A stretch of DNA of 64,000 bases from contig NC_082713.1 of assembly GCF_030144855.1 (NCBI RefSeq), forward strand, positions 76,074,001 to 76,138,000, given 5' to 3'. Shown here piece after piece: positions 26,601-41,600 of this stretch (its first letter is position 1; each line of letters opens with the position of its first letter). The notes under the pieces are model-generated. The model did no database searches, was not told where the DNA came from, and was given only the letters and a program-made list of their open reading frames with translations. The stretch is from Hypanus sabinus (Eukaryota). The position numbers and the translations under genes are program-made.

Positions 26601-29600
26601 CCCTGGTTAGAGAAGGTCTGGTGTGCATTGTCTTGGACTCTGATCAGTTAGCAGAGAGAAGTGGGTCAGTAGTAGTAGCATCATACAGGCTAACTGACCA
26701 CCCCCCTAAGCCAATTATAAAGGAGAATGGATAGGAAGATTTCCATATCACTGTAAGCACTGCAACATGCACCCTCTCACAGCTTGTAAATCCCAGCACT
26801 CCTCCTGTCCTTGCAGAGTTGCAGCTGCAGAAAGCTCAATGCAGATCACTGACACTGAATGTAGACAGAGGATGTTGGTGTAATCAGATCTTGCCCTCTA
26901 CACTGGACACGGTTTGTGAATTAACACAAGTTATTAATTCTTTCTTCCGGACATGCTGCAGAGAACATGGGGTTGCTTCTGATCCAGGGGAACTTCAGCT
27001 TTGAATGGATCAGGACATCCCATTCCTTGGACACATGCCCAAGCCTCTGTGTTCAGCAGGTGATGTGGCTGAGAGGTAGGGTTGGGTTTTTTAAAAATTT
27101 GAGTCACATTCTCTGACCCTGAGAAAGTGATATATCTGGAGAATATCCTCCCACGATGACAATACCGTGATATTGATTGCTTCTGAGAGTTCTGCTGCTG
27201 GGAATCTCCTTTCATTGGGAAAAAAAATGTGCAGAGACTGGTTGGGTTAATTCTAAGTGCATTTTCCCTGTTGCTGGGTACAGGGATAGGTCTTTATCCT
27301 AAGACATTCCACCTCACCACCTTTATTCCATCTCTCAGATCCTACCTCTCCCTTCCTGCCAAGCTCTGGCACAACCTTGCCCATCCAGGGAACAGCAACT
27401 AATCAGAGACAGTGCACTGGCTTTAAATTGATGCCTCTCCCCTTCATTCTGAAAACAACCAAAGAGGTCAGCTCAGATCCAAAATGGAAGAAAAGATAAG
27501 GTTATCCCAAAGCCAGTGTTAACGGATGTGAAACAGCATTTAAACACACCTAAAATTGTAGAATGAGGGAGATAGCATTAAAACCCTGAACCTGTGGCAC
27601 GGGAGGTAACAATTGCCCAGTCTCTACCTGAACTATCAATAATGGACCTCCTTGTTAATGTGTGATAGACGGGAGTGATATAACCACAGAGGAATGTGGC
27701 TGAGCTATAGAAGCTACACGATCCAGCGAAAACAGCTCACTTGCCAGAGTGGCGGTTCTGAAGAATGTGGACAAGTTACAGTTGGAACAGAGCTCACATT
27801 TGCGTTTCAGAGTCGGGATGGGCTGGTAGCTGCTGATCTTCATTCACACCAGTGGCACAGGACCAGGACTAGCCCTTTAAACATGGGAACAGGACTCAGC
27901 CATCATTCCTTCCAGCCTGATAGGCATCATCAAGATCATGGCTGGTCTACTCCTGGAGCACCATTTTCCTGCGCTCTCTTCCATGTCTCCCGATCTTCCT
28001 ATTCAGATGCTTCAGTACTGAATGAACTCAATGTGCCCCAGGGTGTAGGATTCAGAATCACTGGCGGCAGCACGCTGCTATACATAATCATAAAAACTCT
28101 AAATTACAAAAAGTATCTACATATTTATAATTAAGCAGCAAATTTCATGACAGCTGTTGGTGATATTGATTCTGATTCAAAATAAGTAGTGTAAAAGGAG
28201 AGGAAAACAAAATAGTGAGGTAGGTAATGTCTATTTAGAAGTCGGATGGCAGAGGGTAAAAAGCTGTTTCGGAAACGTTGCATGCCTGCTCAGGCTCCTG
28301 CACCCTCTCCTTGATGATAACAGTGAGGTGAGGACACATCCTGAGTGATGGGAGTCCTTAATGATGGATGAACCCTTTTTGAGACATCACCTTTTGAAGA
28401 TGTCCTCGTTGTTGGGGAGGCTCGTGTCCAGGTTAGAGCTGGCTGAGTTTACAACTTACCACAGCTTTTTCCAAGCCTGTGCAGTGGCTCCTCCATATGC
28501 AGCCAGTTAGAATGCTGTCCATGGTACAAACCTCCGTGGTAGAAACTTGAGAGAGCCTTCGGTGGTATACTCCAAGCTCCTAATGAAATATAGCGCCTCT
28601 CGTGCCTTCTTTGTAATTGCATTGATGTTGGGCCGAGGATAGATCTTCAGAGATGTCAGCATCCACGAACCTGAGACTGCTCACCTTTTCCACTTCTGAC
28701 CCCTCAATAAGGACTGGTGTGTGTTCCCTTGACCTCTCCGTCCTGGTCCACAATCTGTCCCTTGGCCTTACCAACATTGAGTACAAGGTTATTACTGTAA
28801 CAACCTTCAACCAGCTTATCTATCTTGCTCCTGTACACCTCCAGAGATTCTCCACTGTCTGCATAAATAAAGTCCTCCTCAGCCTTTTGTCTTGACTTGA
28901 CTATGTCAGAATTTTGAAACACCCATCCAGGTTAATCCCACAAACCACCTTTCTCAGCAAATGATTGTGTCCAATTCCTGTGAAAGGGTCCCCATGAGTC
29001 CGATTCAACCATGTATTCTGCTGGTGGATCAACTTCGCACTAAAAATAAAGGGTTTATTGATATCCTCTGCTAATTATTTACAGCACACAACTTTACTGC
29101 TGCCCAAAAAAGTTTGTTCCTCTGTTCCTAAACTTTCAAAATCTCTCTTAATATTGAGCACCTCTCTCAGGCTTTCAAGTCCCTCTGTACTGCTGAGGAG
29201 AATCCCTGCTAGCCGTTACCTCTGATTAATGGGACACCCTCATCTACAGTGTCATTCTGGGGTACCTACTCTACTTCAAAACTCCTTTGACCTGCAGCCA
29301 AGATTTTGAATTGCACTATTGACTTATTTTAATGTTCAAATTTGCAAGCTTAAGTCACAGATCATGCAGTTTTGAACTTACTTTATAAATATCTGCTGCC
29401 ACCTAAAAATACTTGTGCATATCTGGCCCCACATTCCCATCTCATGCCGTTACGTAGCCTATCTATGCCACAATACTAACTCACTCACTCACTCACTCAC
29501 CGTACTAACACGATATGCATTAAACAGCAGCTGCCCCTTCTTTGCCCTCTGTGCTGCTGGTCTGCAGTGATCCTTCTCATTATCTGTAACATAGATAACT

Positions 29601-32600
29601 TTTACCATTTTTAATTTCAAAATTAAATTGAATTGACTATTTTTCTTTCATCCTTCACATACATGGGGAGTAAAAATCTCTTTATGTTACATCTCCATCT
29701 AAATGTGCAATGTGCAATCATAGTAATTTCTAATAATTTATAATAAATACAACAGTCAGTGTCATATAGAGTAGATTCAAATCAACATGAGTTCATCATT
29801 TTGATGGCCTGGTGGAAGAAACTGTCCCAGAGCCTGTTGGCTCTGGCTTTTATGCTGAGGTAGCAGCTGGAATAGATTGTGGTTGGGGTGACTTGGGTCC
29901 CCAATGATCCTATGGGCTCTTTTTACACCCCTGTCCTTGTAATTGCCTTGAATCATGGGAAGTTCACAACTACAGGTGTGCTGGGCTGTCCGCACCACTC
30001 TCTGCAGAGTCCTGCGATTAAGGGAGGTACAGTTCCCATACCAGGCAGTGATGCAGCCAATCAGGATGCTCTCAATTGTGCCCCTGTAGAAAGTTCTTAG
30101 GATATAAGGGCCCATATCTAACTTCCTCAACTGTCAGAGGTGAGCAAAGCGCTGTTGTGCCTTTTTCACCACATAGCTGGTGTGTACAGATCGTGTGAGG
30201 TCCTCGGTGATGTTGATGCTGAAGAACTCTCTCAACTCCAGATCCATTAATGTCAATAGGGGTTAGCCCATCTCCATTCCTCCTGTAATCCACAACCAGC
30301 TCCTTTGTTTTTGCAACATTGAGAGAGAGGTTGTTTTCTTGACACCACTGTGTCAAAAAAGATGACATCTTCCCTGTAGGCCACCTCATTATTGTTTGAG
30401 ATAAGGCCAATCAATGTAGTGTTGTCGCCAAATTTAATTAGGAGATTAGAGCTGTGGGTGCAACACAGTCACAGGTATACAGGGAGTAAAGGAGGGGACT
30501 GGGTACATAGCCCTGAGGAGCTCCTGTGTAGAGAGTCAGAGGGTTGGAGGTGAGGGAGTCCACTCTTACAACCTTCTGATGATCTGACAGGAAGTCCAGG
30601 ATCCAGCTGCACAAGGCAGGGTCAAGGCCGAGGTCTCTGAGCTTCTTGTCGAGCTTGGATGGAACTATGGTGTTGAATGCTGAACTGTAGTCCCAGAACA
30701 TCATTCTCAAATACTCATCCTTCTTCTCCAGGTGTGTAAGGATGGTGTGAAGAGCTGTGACTATTGCGTCATCTGTCGATCAGTTGTGTCAGTAGGTGAA
30801 TTGTAGGGGGTCCAGGAAATTGTAAAGGGTCCAATTATAACCTGATTTCTGATGTACAGCAATCAGAATACTGAGTATTTACCCAGTGTGTTGGTGTATT
30901 ACTGGCACAGTGTCACATTAAGCAACATGCAGGAGCTTTATAGAGGCATAGAGTCACACTACACAGCAACAATACCATGTCCGTACTGCCCATTGATGAC
31001 CATCAATTACCTTAATAGTTTGTTTGATCTGAAACTACTTAAAGGAGGTGAACTCCATATCTGACTGGCTTCACTTCCCTGGGTGAGTTTGACCCACTCT
31101 GCATCAACCCTGCTGTCCCCTGCACTGTTTATGATTTTCCACATCTTCACGAAGCAGTGACTCAAAAAGGAAGCATCCATCATTAAGGACTCCCATCACC
31201 CAGGACATGCTACTATCAGGGAGGAGGTACAGGAACCTGAAGACACGCACTTACCAGTTCAGGAACAATATATTTCTCTCTGTAATCAGATTTCTGAATG
31301 GACATTGAACCCATGAACACTACCTCACTGCAACACACACAAAATGCTGGTGGAACACAGCAGGCCAGGCAGCATCTATAGGGAAAAGAACTGTCGACGT
31401 TTCAGGCCCAGTTCTGACGAAGGGTCTCGGCCCGAAACGTCGACAGTGCTTCTTCCTATAGATGCTGCCTGGCCTGCTGCGTTCCACCGGCATTTTGTGT
31501 GTGTTGCTTGAATTTCCGACATCTACAGATTTCCTCATGTTTGTGTTTTTAAAAACACTACCTCACTACTTTTTTTTCTCTTTTTGCACTAATTTAATTT
31601 AACACACACACACATATATATACATACATACATATATATATATACATTTATCATTATGCAGCAGCAGTACATTGCAATACATAATATACTTAGTGTAATT
31701 TATAGTTTTTATTATTATGAATTGCTTTATACTGCTGCTGCATACCAACAGATTTCCTGACATATGCCAATAGTATTAAACCTGACTGTGATTTTAGTGT
31801 TGCTCCTGGCTCGAGCCTCAGCTGAGCCACCAAGTTCAGCCTTCAACCAATTAACATACTTGCAGAAATTACTGAGTTCCTTAGATGATTCTACACCTTG
31901 GCTGACAGCCCCAGCGAGTCCTGTGAGACGCATTCAGACTGAAATCTTGTCTCTTTTACTAATCATACTGTTGTTCCAAGGTGGGCTGATGGCACTAGTA
32001 AATTTGTTAAATATGGAAGTAAAAAGCCACACAGATGCTGGAAACACTCATCATGTCAAGAAGCATCCGTGGAGAGAGAAATCGAGTTAATGTCTCAGCA
32101 TAAAGCCGTTATTGGAATGTAAGTATTCAGTATTGTTACTTGTAATATTGTTATAAATAATTCTTGTTCCCTGCACTGAAAAGCAAAAGCCTCATATAAA
32201 CCAGAGGAATATTATTTTATTTTCCTTCTGGGCCCTTTACAACCATTTGGAATGAACATTGAATTCTCAAACTTTTCATTTAAATTACTTTCTCATCATT
32301 TTCCATTATCATGCTGATGTCCCTTCAAAGGTACACATAATGTCAGAGGAATGTCCAGCCCTCAATATACATAACTTCACATTACGGCACTCTAAGGAAG
32401 GAACCGTTGGCATTGTGAAAGCTCCAGAGTGTGAAGCTAATGAATGTGAGTTGCTTTCAGGGGCATCTGTGAACCTTTGCACTGGAGCTATTTTTTTATC
32501 ACAATATGCAGTAGCCTCTATTTTGACTTTTGAGAATTCTGCAAGCTTGTGACCCACCCAGTGAAGGTCCAGCTATGGGATAATCATTCCTCCCAAGCAG

Positions 32601-35600
32601 TTCCTTAAGGTTGAGGAAGAATAATGAGTACATTTGAAAAATGTGATTTGTGGTTACTGCCATGGAGACTAGTTTATTTTTAAATTCCAGGTTTATTTAA
32701 CTACTTGAAGTTAAACTCATCTTTCCACTGGCTGCTTGTCCAGTAATTTAACCATTTTGCTCTGAGCAAACTATTAAAGAGATATCCTGTTACATTAGGG
32801 CCTAACGTAAGTTTGAGGAGTAGCACCTCAGCTTCCATCTAGGTATGTTGCAGATTAGTGGATTCATATAGAATTCTGCACCTGAGTCTCCCTGTATCAG
32901 TTGTCCATCTCTTGCATTAGTATTAGCTTGTTTGTTTTACTCCTTTTCCTTTTCCTTTGTTGAGAACATGGCCAGCCTGACTGGCCTGCATCTCTTCCTG
33001 CTTCACATTTTGCAATGACGAGGTGGTTTTGTCAGTGTCCTCACTTTGTGGTAGCTCCTATTCACACTCAGCGACCAGATAACCTTGTTTACATTTTATC
33101 TGCCTGATGCACAATCAATAACTCTCGGAGATGTGAGTCGAGATAGGCTTTTATCAGCTGGAAGAAAGCACTGTCTGCAGCAAGAGCCCACCACACAACA
33201 TCCTGGAGACTGAGGGAGGAGCAGTGCCTCCAATCGCCTTTATACAGAGGTCTATGGGAGGAGCCACAGGAGCAGTCACCGAGGGGGGTGGGGGCGTGTC
33301 CAGACGGGTATATGTAGTTCACCACACTGCCAAAGATGCCTCCTTGCCCACCCTCCTACCAGTTTAAGGTATGTCTTTTGATTCCACCCACCCTCCACTT
33401 CAGATTGAACATCGATTTCTCAAACTTACGGTAATTGCCCCCACCTCTTCACCATTCCCACTCCTGTTTGACTCTCTCATCTTATCTCCTTACCTGTCCA
33501 TCACCTCCCTCTGGATCTCCTCCCCTTCCCTTTCTCCCATGGACTTCTATCCTATCCTATCAGATTCCCCCTTCTCCAGCCCTTTATCTCTTTCACCTAT
33601 CAGCCTCCCAGAGCTTTACTTCACCCACAAGATGGTGCCTGTGTAAAATGCTCCCTTAGATACATCTTCTGGATAGATCATGAAATCATCTTTTTCACTT
33701 TTAGGTCTTTTACATTTGATTTTCATCTTCAATGTAATTCTAGAACTGTTGGGGCTTGTGCTTTGCTGTTTGGAGATCGTTTGGGTGCTTCAGCGCTCTG
33801 CATTCTCCTAGAGGATTCTGGGAGGGAGAGGAAACATGGGTGAATCTTGTGGCAAAAAGGCTGCAGGATGGCGTGCGGGCCAATGTTTGACTGCATTTTG
33901 CCTATTACAGCTTCCATTGTTCACCAATTAAAGTGACAAGGACAATTGAAACATCAAAGCGAATGTGGGAGATCATTTGAATGTTTCAGCACTCTGCAGT
34001 CTCTGAGAGAATTCTGGGAGTCAGTGTGCGTGAACCTCATAGCGGGCAGGCTGCAGGGCTGATGTATTGCTCCATTTCTCTGATTAAAGCTTCCATTTTT
34101 TGCAAATTAAAGTGATGAGGGAGATTGAAGCATTGAAGCGAGTGCAGAGGGTGACCACTGGCTGCCTGTCTTTTGATTGGTTGCTCTGTACTGGAGAGGG
34201 GAGAGCTGCTGCTGCATTTTGGTCCAGAGGGCATGCCCAGGTTTTATTCTGCATTTTACATGTGGACTTTGGACTATAGACTATTTTTCAGTTTTGTAAT
34301 TCTTATGTTCTGTGCTATTTTGCCCGATTTCCTTGTATTTTTGTGCAGGAGGGGGGATTTGGGGGTCAATGTGCCTGATCCATTTTGTTCGTTTTTTTGT
34401 GTGTGGGGGGGATTTGGGGGCTGATGTGCTTGTCCCGTTTTTGTTCTTTTTTTGTGGGGGGGGTGGATTTGGGGGTTGATGATCGTGCTGCCTTTCTTTT
34501 GTTTTCTTTCTTGGATCATGACTTGGATCATGAAATTATTCATGAATTGAATAATTTCAGAATTGCATACTTTAATAATAAATGGACCTTTGAACCAGGC
34601 CCCTCTCCTGGTTTCACCTATCACCTACCACCTTACACTTCTTCCCTCCTTTCTTCCTTCTTCCTTGATCTAACTTCTCATCATTTTCCCCATCCTGATG
34701 AAAGGTCTCAGCCCAAAATGTCAACTGTTTACTCTTTTCCATAGATGCCTCAAGGCCGGGAGATCATCAGTTTCTGAGATACTCAAACCACTCCATCTAG
34801 CACCAAAAATTATTCTATGCTCAAAGTCACATAGATCGCATTTCTTCCCTATTCTGATGATTGGTCTGAACAATGGTCTCTTGACCATGTTTGTATGTTT
34901 TAATGCTTTGCTTGCTGCCACATGATTTTTAAGTGTACAGGTGTAACCTAACAAAAGGACCATTGAATGTATTCGGCCTATAATCCCTCGAGACCAGAGA
35001 TTCCCAAAATTGTTCATGCCATGGAGTGTTACCATTAACCAGAGGGTCTGTGGACCTCAGGTTGGGAACCTAAAACCCTCTCCTGTCCAGATTTCTCTTA
35101 AACATTATACCTGATCCCATTGATTAGAGATCTTAAGGTAAAGGAGCCCATAGGGGAAGTGATTATAATATAATAGAATTCACCCTGCAATTTAAGAAAG
35201 AGGAGCTAAAGTCTGATGTATCAGCATTGAAGTGGAATAAAGGGAATTACAGAGGCATGAGAGAGGAGCTGGCCAAAATTGACTGGTAAAGAACACTGGC
35301 AGAGATGATGGCAGAATAGTAATGGCTGGAATTTCTGGGAGCAATTTGGAAGGCACAGGATATATACATCATAAAGAGGAAGAGGTTTTCTAAAGGCAGG
35401 ATGACATATCACTGGCTGACAAGAGAAGTTAAAGCCAACATAAAAGTCAAAGAGAGGGCATATAATAGAGCAAAAATTAGTGGGAAGTTAGAGGATTGGG
35501 AAGCTTTTAAAAACCAACAGAGGGCAACTAAAAAGTCATAAAGAAGGAAAAGATGTAATATGAAGGTAAGCTAGCCAGTAATATTAAAGAGGACACCAAT

Positions 35601-38600
35601 AGTTTCTTCAAAGACATAAAGTGTAGACAAGAGGTGAGTGTAGATATTGGACAACTGGAAAGTGATGCTGGAGAGGTAGTAATGGGGACAAGGAAATGGC
35701 AGATGAACTGAATATGTATTTTACATTAGGCTTCACTGTGGAAGTTCTAGGTGTCAGAGCTCGTGAAGTGTGTGAAGTTACCATCACAAGGGAGGAGGTT
35801 CTTTGGAAGCTGAAAGGTCTGAAGGTAGATAAGTCACTTGGAACAGATGGTGTACACCCCTGGGCTCTCAAATAAGTGGCTGAAAATATCGTGAAGGCAT
35901 TAGTAATGATTTTTTAAGAATCAGTAAATTCTGGAATGATTCCTGAAGACTGGAAAATTGCAAATTTCACTCCACTCTTCAAGAAGGGAGTGAGGTAGAA
36001 GAAAATAAATTATAGGCCAGCTGGTCTGACCTCAATGGTTATGAAGATGTTGCAGTTGATTGTTAACAATGTGGTTGCAGGGTACTTGGAGGCACATGAT
36101 AAAATAGGCCATAGTCAGCATGTTCTTAAGGGGCAAATCTTTCTTAACAATTCTGTTAGAATTCTTTCAAGAAATAACAAGCTGGACAGACAAAAGAAAA
36201 CTGTTTCATGTTGTGTACTTGGATTTTCAGAAGGTCTTTGACAAAGTGCCACACATGAAGCTGCTTAACAAGTTAAAAGCCCATTGTATTGTAGAAAAGA
36301 TTCTAGTATGGATAAATCAGTGGCTGATTGGCAGGAGTGAAAAGTGTGAATAAAGGGAGCCTTTTCTGGTTGGCTGCTGCTGACTAGTGTTGTACTACAG
36401 AGGTCTGTGTTGGGACTGCTTCTTTTTCCATTATATGTCAGTGATTTGGATGACAGAATTAATGGTTTTGTGGTCAGGATTGTGGACGATATGAAGATAA
36501 GTCGAAGTGCATGTAGTTTTGTGGAAGCAGAGAGGCTGCAGAAGGACTTAAACATATTAAGAGAATGGGCAAAGAAATGTGAGATGAAGTACAGTGTTAG
36601 GAATTGTATGGTCGTGAACTTTGGTGGAAGAAATAAAAGTGTAGACTATTTTCTAAATGGAGACAAAATTCAAAAATTTGAGGTGCAATAGGACTTGGGA
36701 GTTTTCGTGCAGGATTTATTAAAGGTTAATTTACAGGTTGGGTCAGAAGGTAAATGCGATGTTGTCATTCATTTCGAGAGGACAAGAATATAAAAGCAAG
36801 AAAGTAATGTTAAGGCTTTATAAAGCACTGGTAAGGCCTCACAGAGTATTTTAAACAGTTTTGGGCCCCTTATCTAAGAAAGGATGTGTTGATATTGGAG
36901 AGGGTTCAAAGAAGGATAACGAAAATGATTCGGAGTTTGAAAGGTTTCTCTTAGGAGAAGTGTTTGAAGGCTCTGGGTCTCTACTCATTGGAATTCAGAA
37001 GAATGACGTGTGATCTCATTGAAACCTATCAAACTTGTAAGGCCTCAGTAGAGTGGATGTGGACAGGATGTTTCCTGTGATGGGGTAGTCTGAGATCAGA
37101 GGACACAGCTTCCGAATAGAGGGGCATCCTTTTAGAATGGAGATGAGGAGAAATTTCTTTAATCAGAGACTGGTGAATCTTGGGAATTCATTGCCACAGC
37201 CAGCTTTGAAGGCCAAGTCATTGGGTATATTTAAGACATAGGTTGATAGATTCGTAATTGGTGAGAGCATGAAAGGTTACAGAGAGAAAGCAGGAAATTG
37301 GGGCTGAGAGGAAAAATGGATCAGCCATAATGAAATGGCGGAACAGATCTGACGGGCCAAATGGCCTAATTCTATTCCTTTATGTTATGGTGTTATGGTC
37401 TTTGACAGCTCTTTCTGTATACTCAGCACCCTCTGTGTGAAAAACTGTGACCCTGAGATCCCCATTAAATCTTTCCCCTCTCATCATGAACATAATTTTA
37501 GACTCTTCTGTGGGAAAATTAATGTGAGCATAGATTTTATCTATGTCCCTTATGACTTTAAAATGGAACTCTAAAATGGAAGAAGATGGTAGCAGCAACC
37601 AAAGGCAACGTCCTTCAGACAGTTCACAAAACTACTTCTTTAATTCTTCTCCTCTCAAATATGATTGTACTACTATTGGAACCTGTGATTTAGATTTTGA
37701 TGGTTTGTTTTCAGCCTGATTGAACGATCTGGTGCTTTGCTATCTCCGAGGAAATTCAATGAAGTTTCAAAGTCTTGAGTTGGGGCATAAGCGCATGATT
37801 GACTCCATTTTTTGTCAAACTCACTGATTAACATGTTGAGCAAGATTGAAATCAACAAGGACAAGAGTGGAAGGCAAGTGGATCGTCAGCGCTGTCTGCC
37901 TGCATTTGACTGATCTTGCTCTTTCTAGCTGCTCCCAGAGGAAGGTGCCCAAGTCCTTGGTCCTAGGCAAGGTTTAACCAACTCACTTGGTGGACTGGAC
38001 TCTCTAGTTTACATTACAACACGTTTCTGGTTTCTGATAACTCAGTTGTTTTGCTATTTTGTGTGATTTTGATCAGGGTGGACTGACTCTACAACCTGCA
38101 GTCAACAAACGACGTAGTGCTAAACTGAACTGAACTGAACATTCCTAGACTCTCAATAAATTTGTGATTTGATATTCTGTGCTTTTCACTCATTCTTTTT
38201 TGTGTGATTTGATTTTTTTTGAGCATTGGGAGTTTGATGTTTCCTTCGAACGGGTTCATGTTTCGTGACTCTCTGTGGGAAGATGGCTCTCAGGATTGTA
38301 TACTGCACTTTTAAAATAAATATACTTAGAATCTTTGAATAAGGTCAGCCCACAGCAATTACACTCCAGGGTCTAAGAGTCCCAGCCTATCCAATTTCTT
38401 GTTACAACTCAAGCAATAGAGATGATTTTAGAAAAAAAAAACTAAGTGAAGACTGCAGGCTGGATTAAGATTGAAAAGTAGTTTTGATTTTAATTTCTTT
38501 TCTGGCCACATAGTCACAGGGAATCAAGTCATATACACAAGCATATTGAGGTACAGGAATAAAGTAAAACATTCTTTGTAGCAGTGTCACTGACACACAG

Positions 38601-41600
38601 TTCAGACATGATCATAGACTCTGCACAGACAACACATCAAGATAGAAATGGAGTTCCTAAAACTGCACTGCAGTGGCTCTGCTAGCTGCTGCCTACAGAT
38701 TCAAGATAACACAAAGTCACTGAGTATAGCTGCCAATGCTTGCTTCATAAGGGTGCATAGTGGAAGGAGGGTGGGTGTTGTGTGACATATCTTAACCTCA
38801 GAGTCACTTAGACTATTGAGATACTTGTCAAGCGAAGGGTATGAAATGGAATTTTGATCCTGTGAAATTGGCCATTGGCTTGGCATCAAGGATGGACAAA
38901 GTTGAAGGAACATCGATGACACTACTCTGCAATACAACTTATCCCTAATATGTTACATGAGTGGTTTTGTTTACCAGGCAACACAAGTCTTAACAGCGGC
39001 AGAATAGTTCTGTAACTTCTACTGATAAAATCTGTATTCCACCTGTTCAATTGAATTAAATATGAGGAACTGCAAGTTTCACAATCACTTACTGATCTCA
39101 TCAGCAATTACAACTCAAGGGAAATATGTATTTGCATGAGAAACATATTAATATGTTACCTTTTGAAATCTGTTTTGAGAAAATTTATTGACTTGGAAAA
39201 CAAGAAAGCCGTTGGTGGATTTTGTTTCAGATAGTGTTGAGCCAAGCAAGAGCTCGGCCAAACATGAAACAGTGTGTACTGAGATGGGCCACAAAGCATG
39301 GGGGGAGGGCGCAGGGGATGAATTTAACCAAGTCTGGTGCACAGAGAAGAGAAAATCTGCAGATGCTGGAAATCCAAGCAACACATAAAATGCTGGAAGA
39401 ACTCAGTAGGTCAGGCAGCATCTATGGAAAAGAGGAGAAAGTTGACCTTTCAGGCCAAGATCCTTCATCAGGGCTCATACGTTCTGATGAAGGGTCTCCG
39501 CCTACTCTTTTCCATAGATGCTGCCTGGCCAGATGATGCACAGACTGCAACTTCCTTGACAAATGAGAAAGAATGCCTTTAATGCAGAGGATGTTGCATA
39601 TCTGGAAGATCATATTGTTGAGTTAAGGACGGAGTTTAAAGAAGGTCTTTACAACTAATAGAAAGGGTTGAGAAAACTGGAGATATGTGGGAAGAAATGC
39701 TGGAGCTTATAAGCTGAACAATGATGGAAATGGAAGATCTGCAAGGAAACAAGTGGAGGTGTACAGAATCTCAGGGTGTAACACAGAAGGGGGCTTATAG
39801 GTAGGTCAAGGGAGAGTCCACAGATAGAAGTGTTGGTTTTATGACATGTGTCATATTACATGCCATTACCAGCACAAATACCATTCACTCCGGTAGGCCT
39901 GTATTGAAAATTAAAGCAAAAAAGACCGGTACTACAATCTGAAATAGAAACAGAGAATGGAGGTAGGTAGTATTTCAGGAAAGTTGCTGGCATGGTTAGA
40001 GTATTGGCTGATTGGTAGGAGGCAGTGAGTTGGAATAAAAGGAGTCTTTTCTGGTGGGCTGTCAGTGACTAGTAATGTTCCACAGGTGTCAGTGTTGGGA
40101 CCGCTTCTTTTTATGTTGTGTATCAATGATTTAGATGATGGAATAGATAGCTTTGTTGCCAAGTTTTCAGATGGTATGAAGATTGGTGAAGGGGCAGGTA
40201 GAGCTGAGGAATCAGGTCAGTTGCAGGGGACACAAACATATTAGGAAAATAGGCAAGAAAGTGGCAAATGAAATACAATGTTGGAAAGTGTATGGTGGAA
40301 GAAATAAACGGGGAGAAAATCCAAATATCTGAGATGCAAAGGGACTTGGGAGTTCTTGTGCAGAACACACTAAAGGTTAACTTACAGGTTCAGTTGGTGG
40401 TGAGGAAGGTAAATGCAATGTTAGCATTGATTTCAAGAGATCTAGAATATAAGAACAGGAATGTGATGCTAGGCTTTATAAGACATTGGTGAGACCTCGT
40501 CTTGAGCATTGTGAACAGTTTTGGGCTCCTCATCTAAGAAAAGATGTGCTGGCATGGAAATGGTTTAGAGGAGGTTCACAAGGATGATTCCAGGAATGAA
40601 AGAGTTATCAGATGAGGAACATTTGATAGCTCTGGGCCTGTACTTGTTGGAATTTAGAATGATAAGGGGGGGATCTCATTGAAACCTTTTGAATATTGAA
40701 AGGCCTAGACAGAGTAGATGTCGAAAGGATGTTTCCCATGGATGGGGAGTCTAGGACAAGAGGGCACAGCCTCAGGATTGAAGGGGATTCATTTAAAACA
40801 GAGCTGTGGAAAAATTTCCTAAGCCAGAGGGTGGTGAATTTGTGGAATTTGTTACCACAAGCTAGGTCGTTGGCTATTTAAGATGGAGATTGATAGGTCA
40901 CTGATTGGTCACAGCATCAAAGGTTATGAGGAGATGGCTGGGGAGTGGGACTGAGAAGGGGAAAAAACGATCAGTCATGATTGAATGGTGGAACAGACTC
41001 AATGGGCCAAATGGCCTAATTCTGCTTCTATGTCTAATGCTCTTATGAAAATGATGAGCAGGTCTGGCAGCATCTGTGCCGAGGGTATAGATCGGGTAAA
41101 TGCAAGTAGGCATTTCCTACTGAGGTTGTGGGGGGCTACAGTCAGAGGTCATGGATTAATGGAACATCAGGTGAAACTTCTTCACTCACAAGGTCATAAG
41201 AGTGTGGAATATGCTGCTGGCACAAGTGGTACATGCAAGCTCAATTCCAACGTTCAAGAGCAGTTTGGATAGTTACATGGATATTAAGGGTATGGAGGGC
41301 TTTGATCCCAGTGCAGGTCTGTGGGAGCAGGCAGTTTAAATGGCTTTTGCATGGACCAAATGGGCTGAAGGGCCTGTTTCTGGTCTGTACTTCTCTATGG
41401 CAAGTGGACTTAACATTCCACTTGAGCTTTCAACAGAACTATTATCAGCCTGGGACATTAATCCTGTTTTACTGTACAATAACAATCCCTGAACTTCCCT
41501 ACATTTCCAACACTTTCTGTTTTTATTTTATAGTCTGTGTAATGTCTACTCCTATAGCCTAGGTGACGTTCATTGGGCTAATTCCCGGTTTTAGATGGTT

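Noticed and set aside
38797-38859. 63-nt phase 0-0 candidate exon DQNSISYPSLDKYLNSLSDSE
   Set aside because: Incompatible with the phase 1 end of the 38975 exon. It fits only a less convincing alternative chain through the 32572 acceptor.
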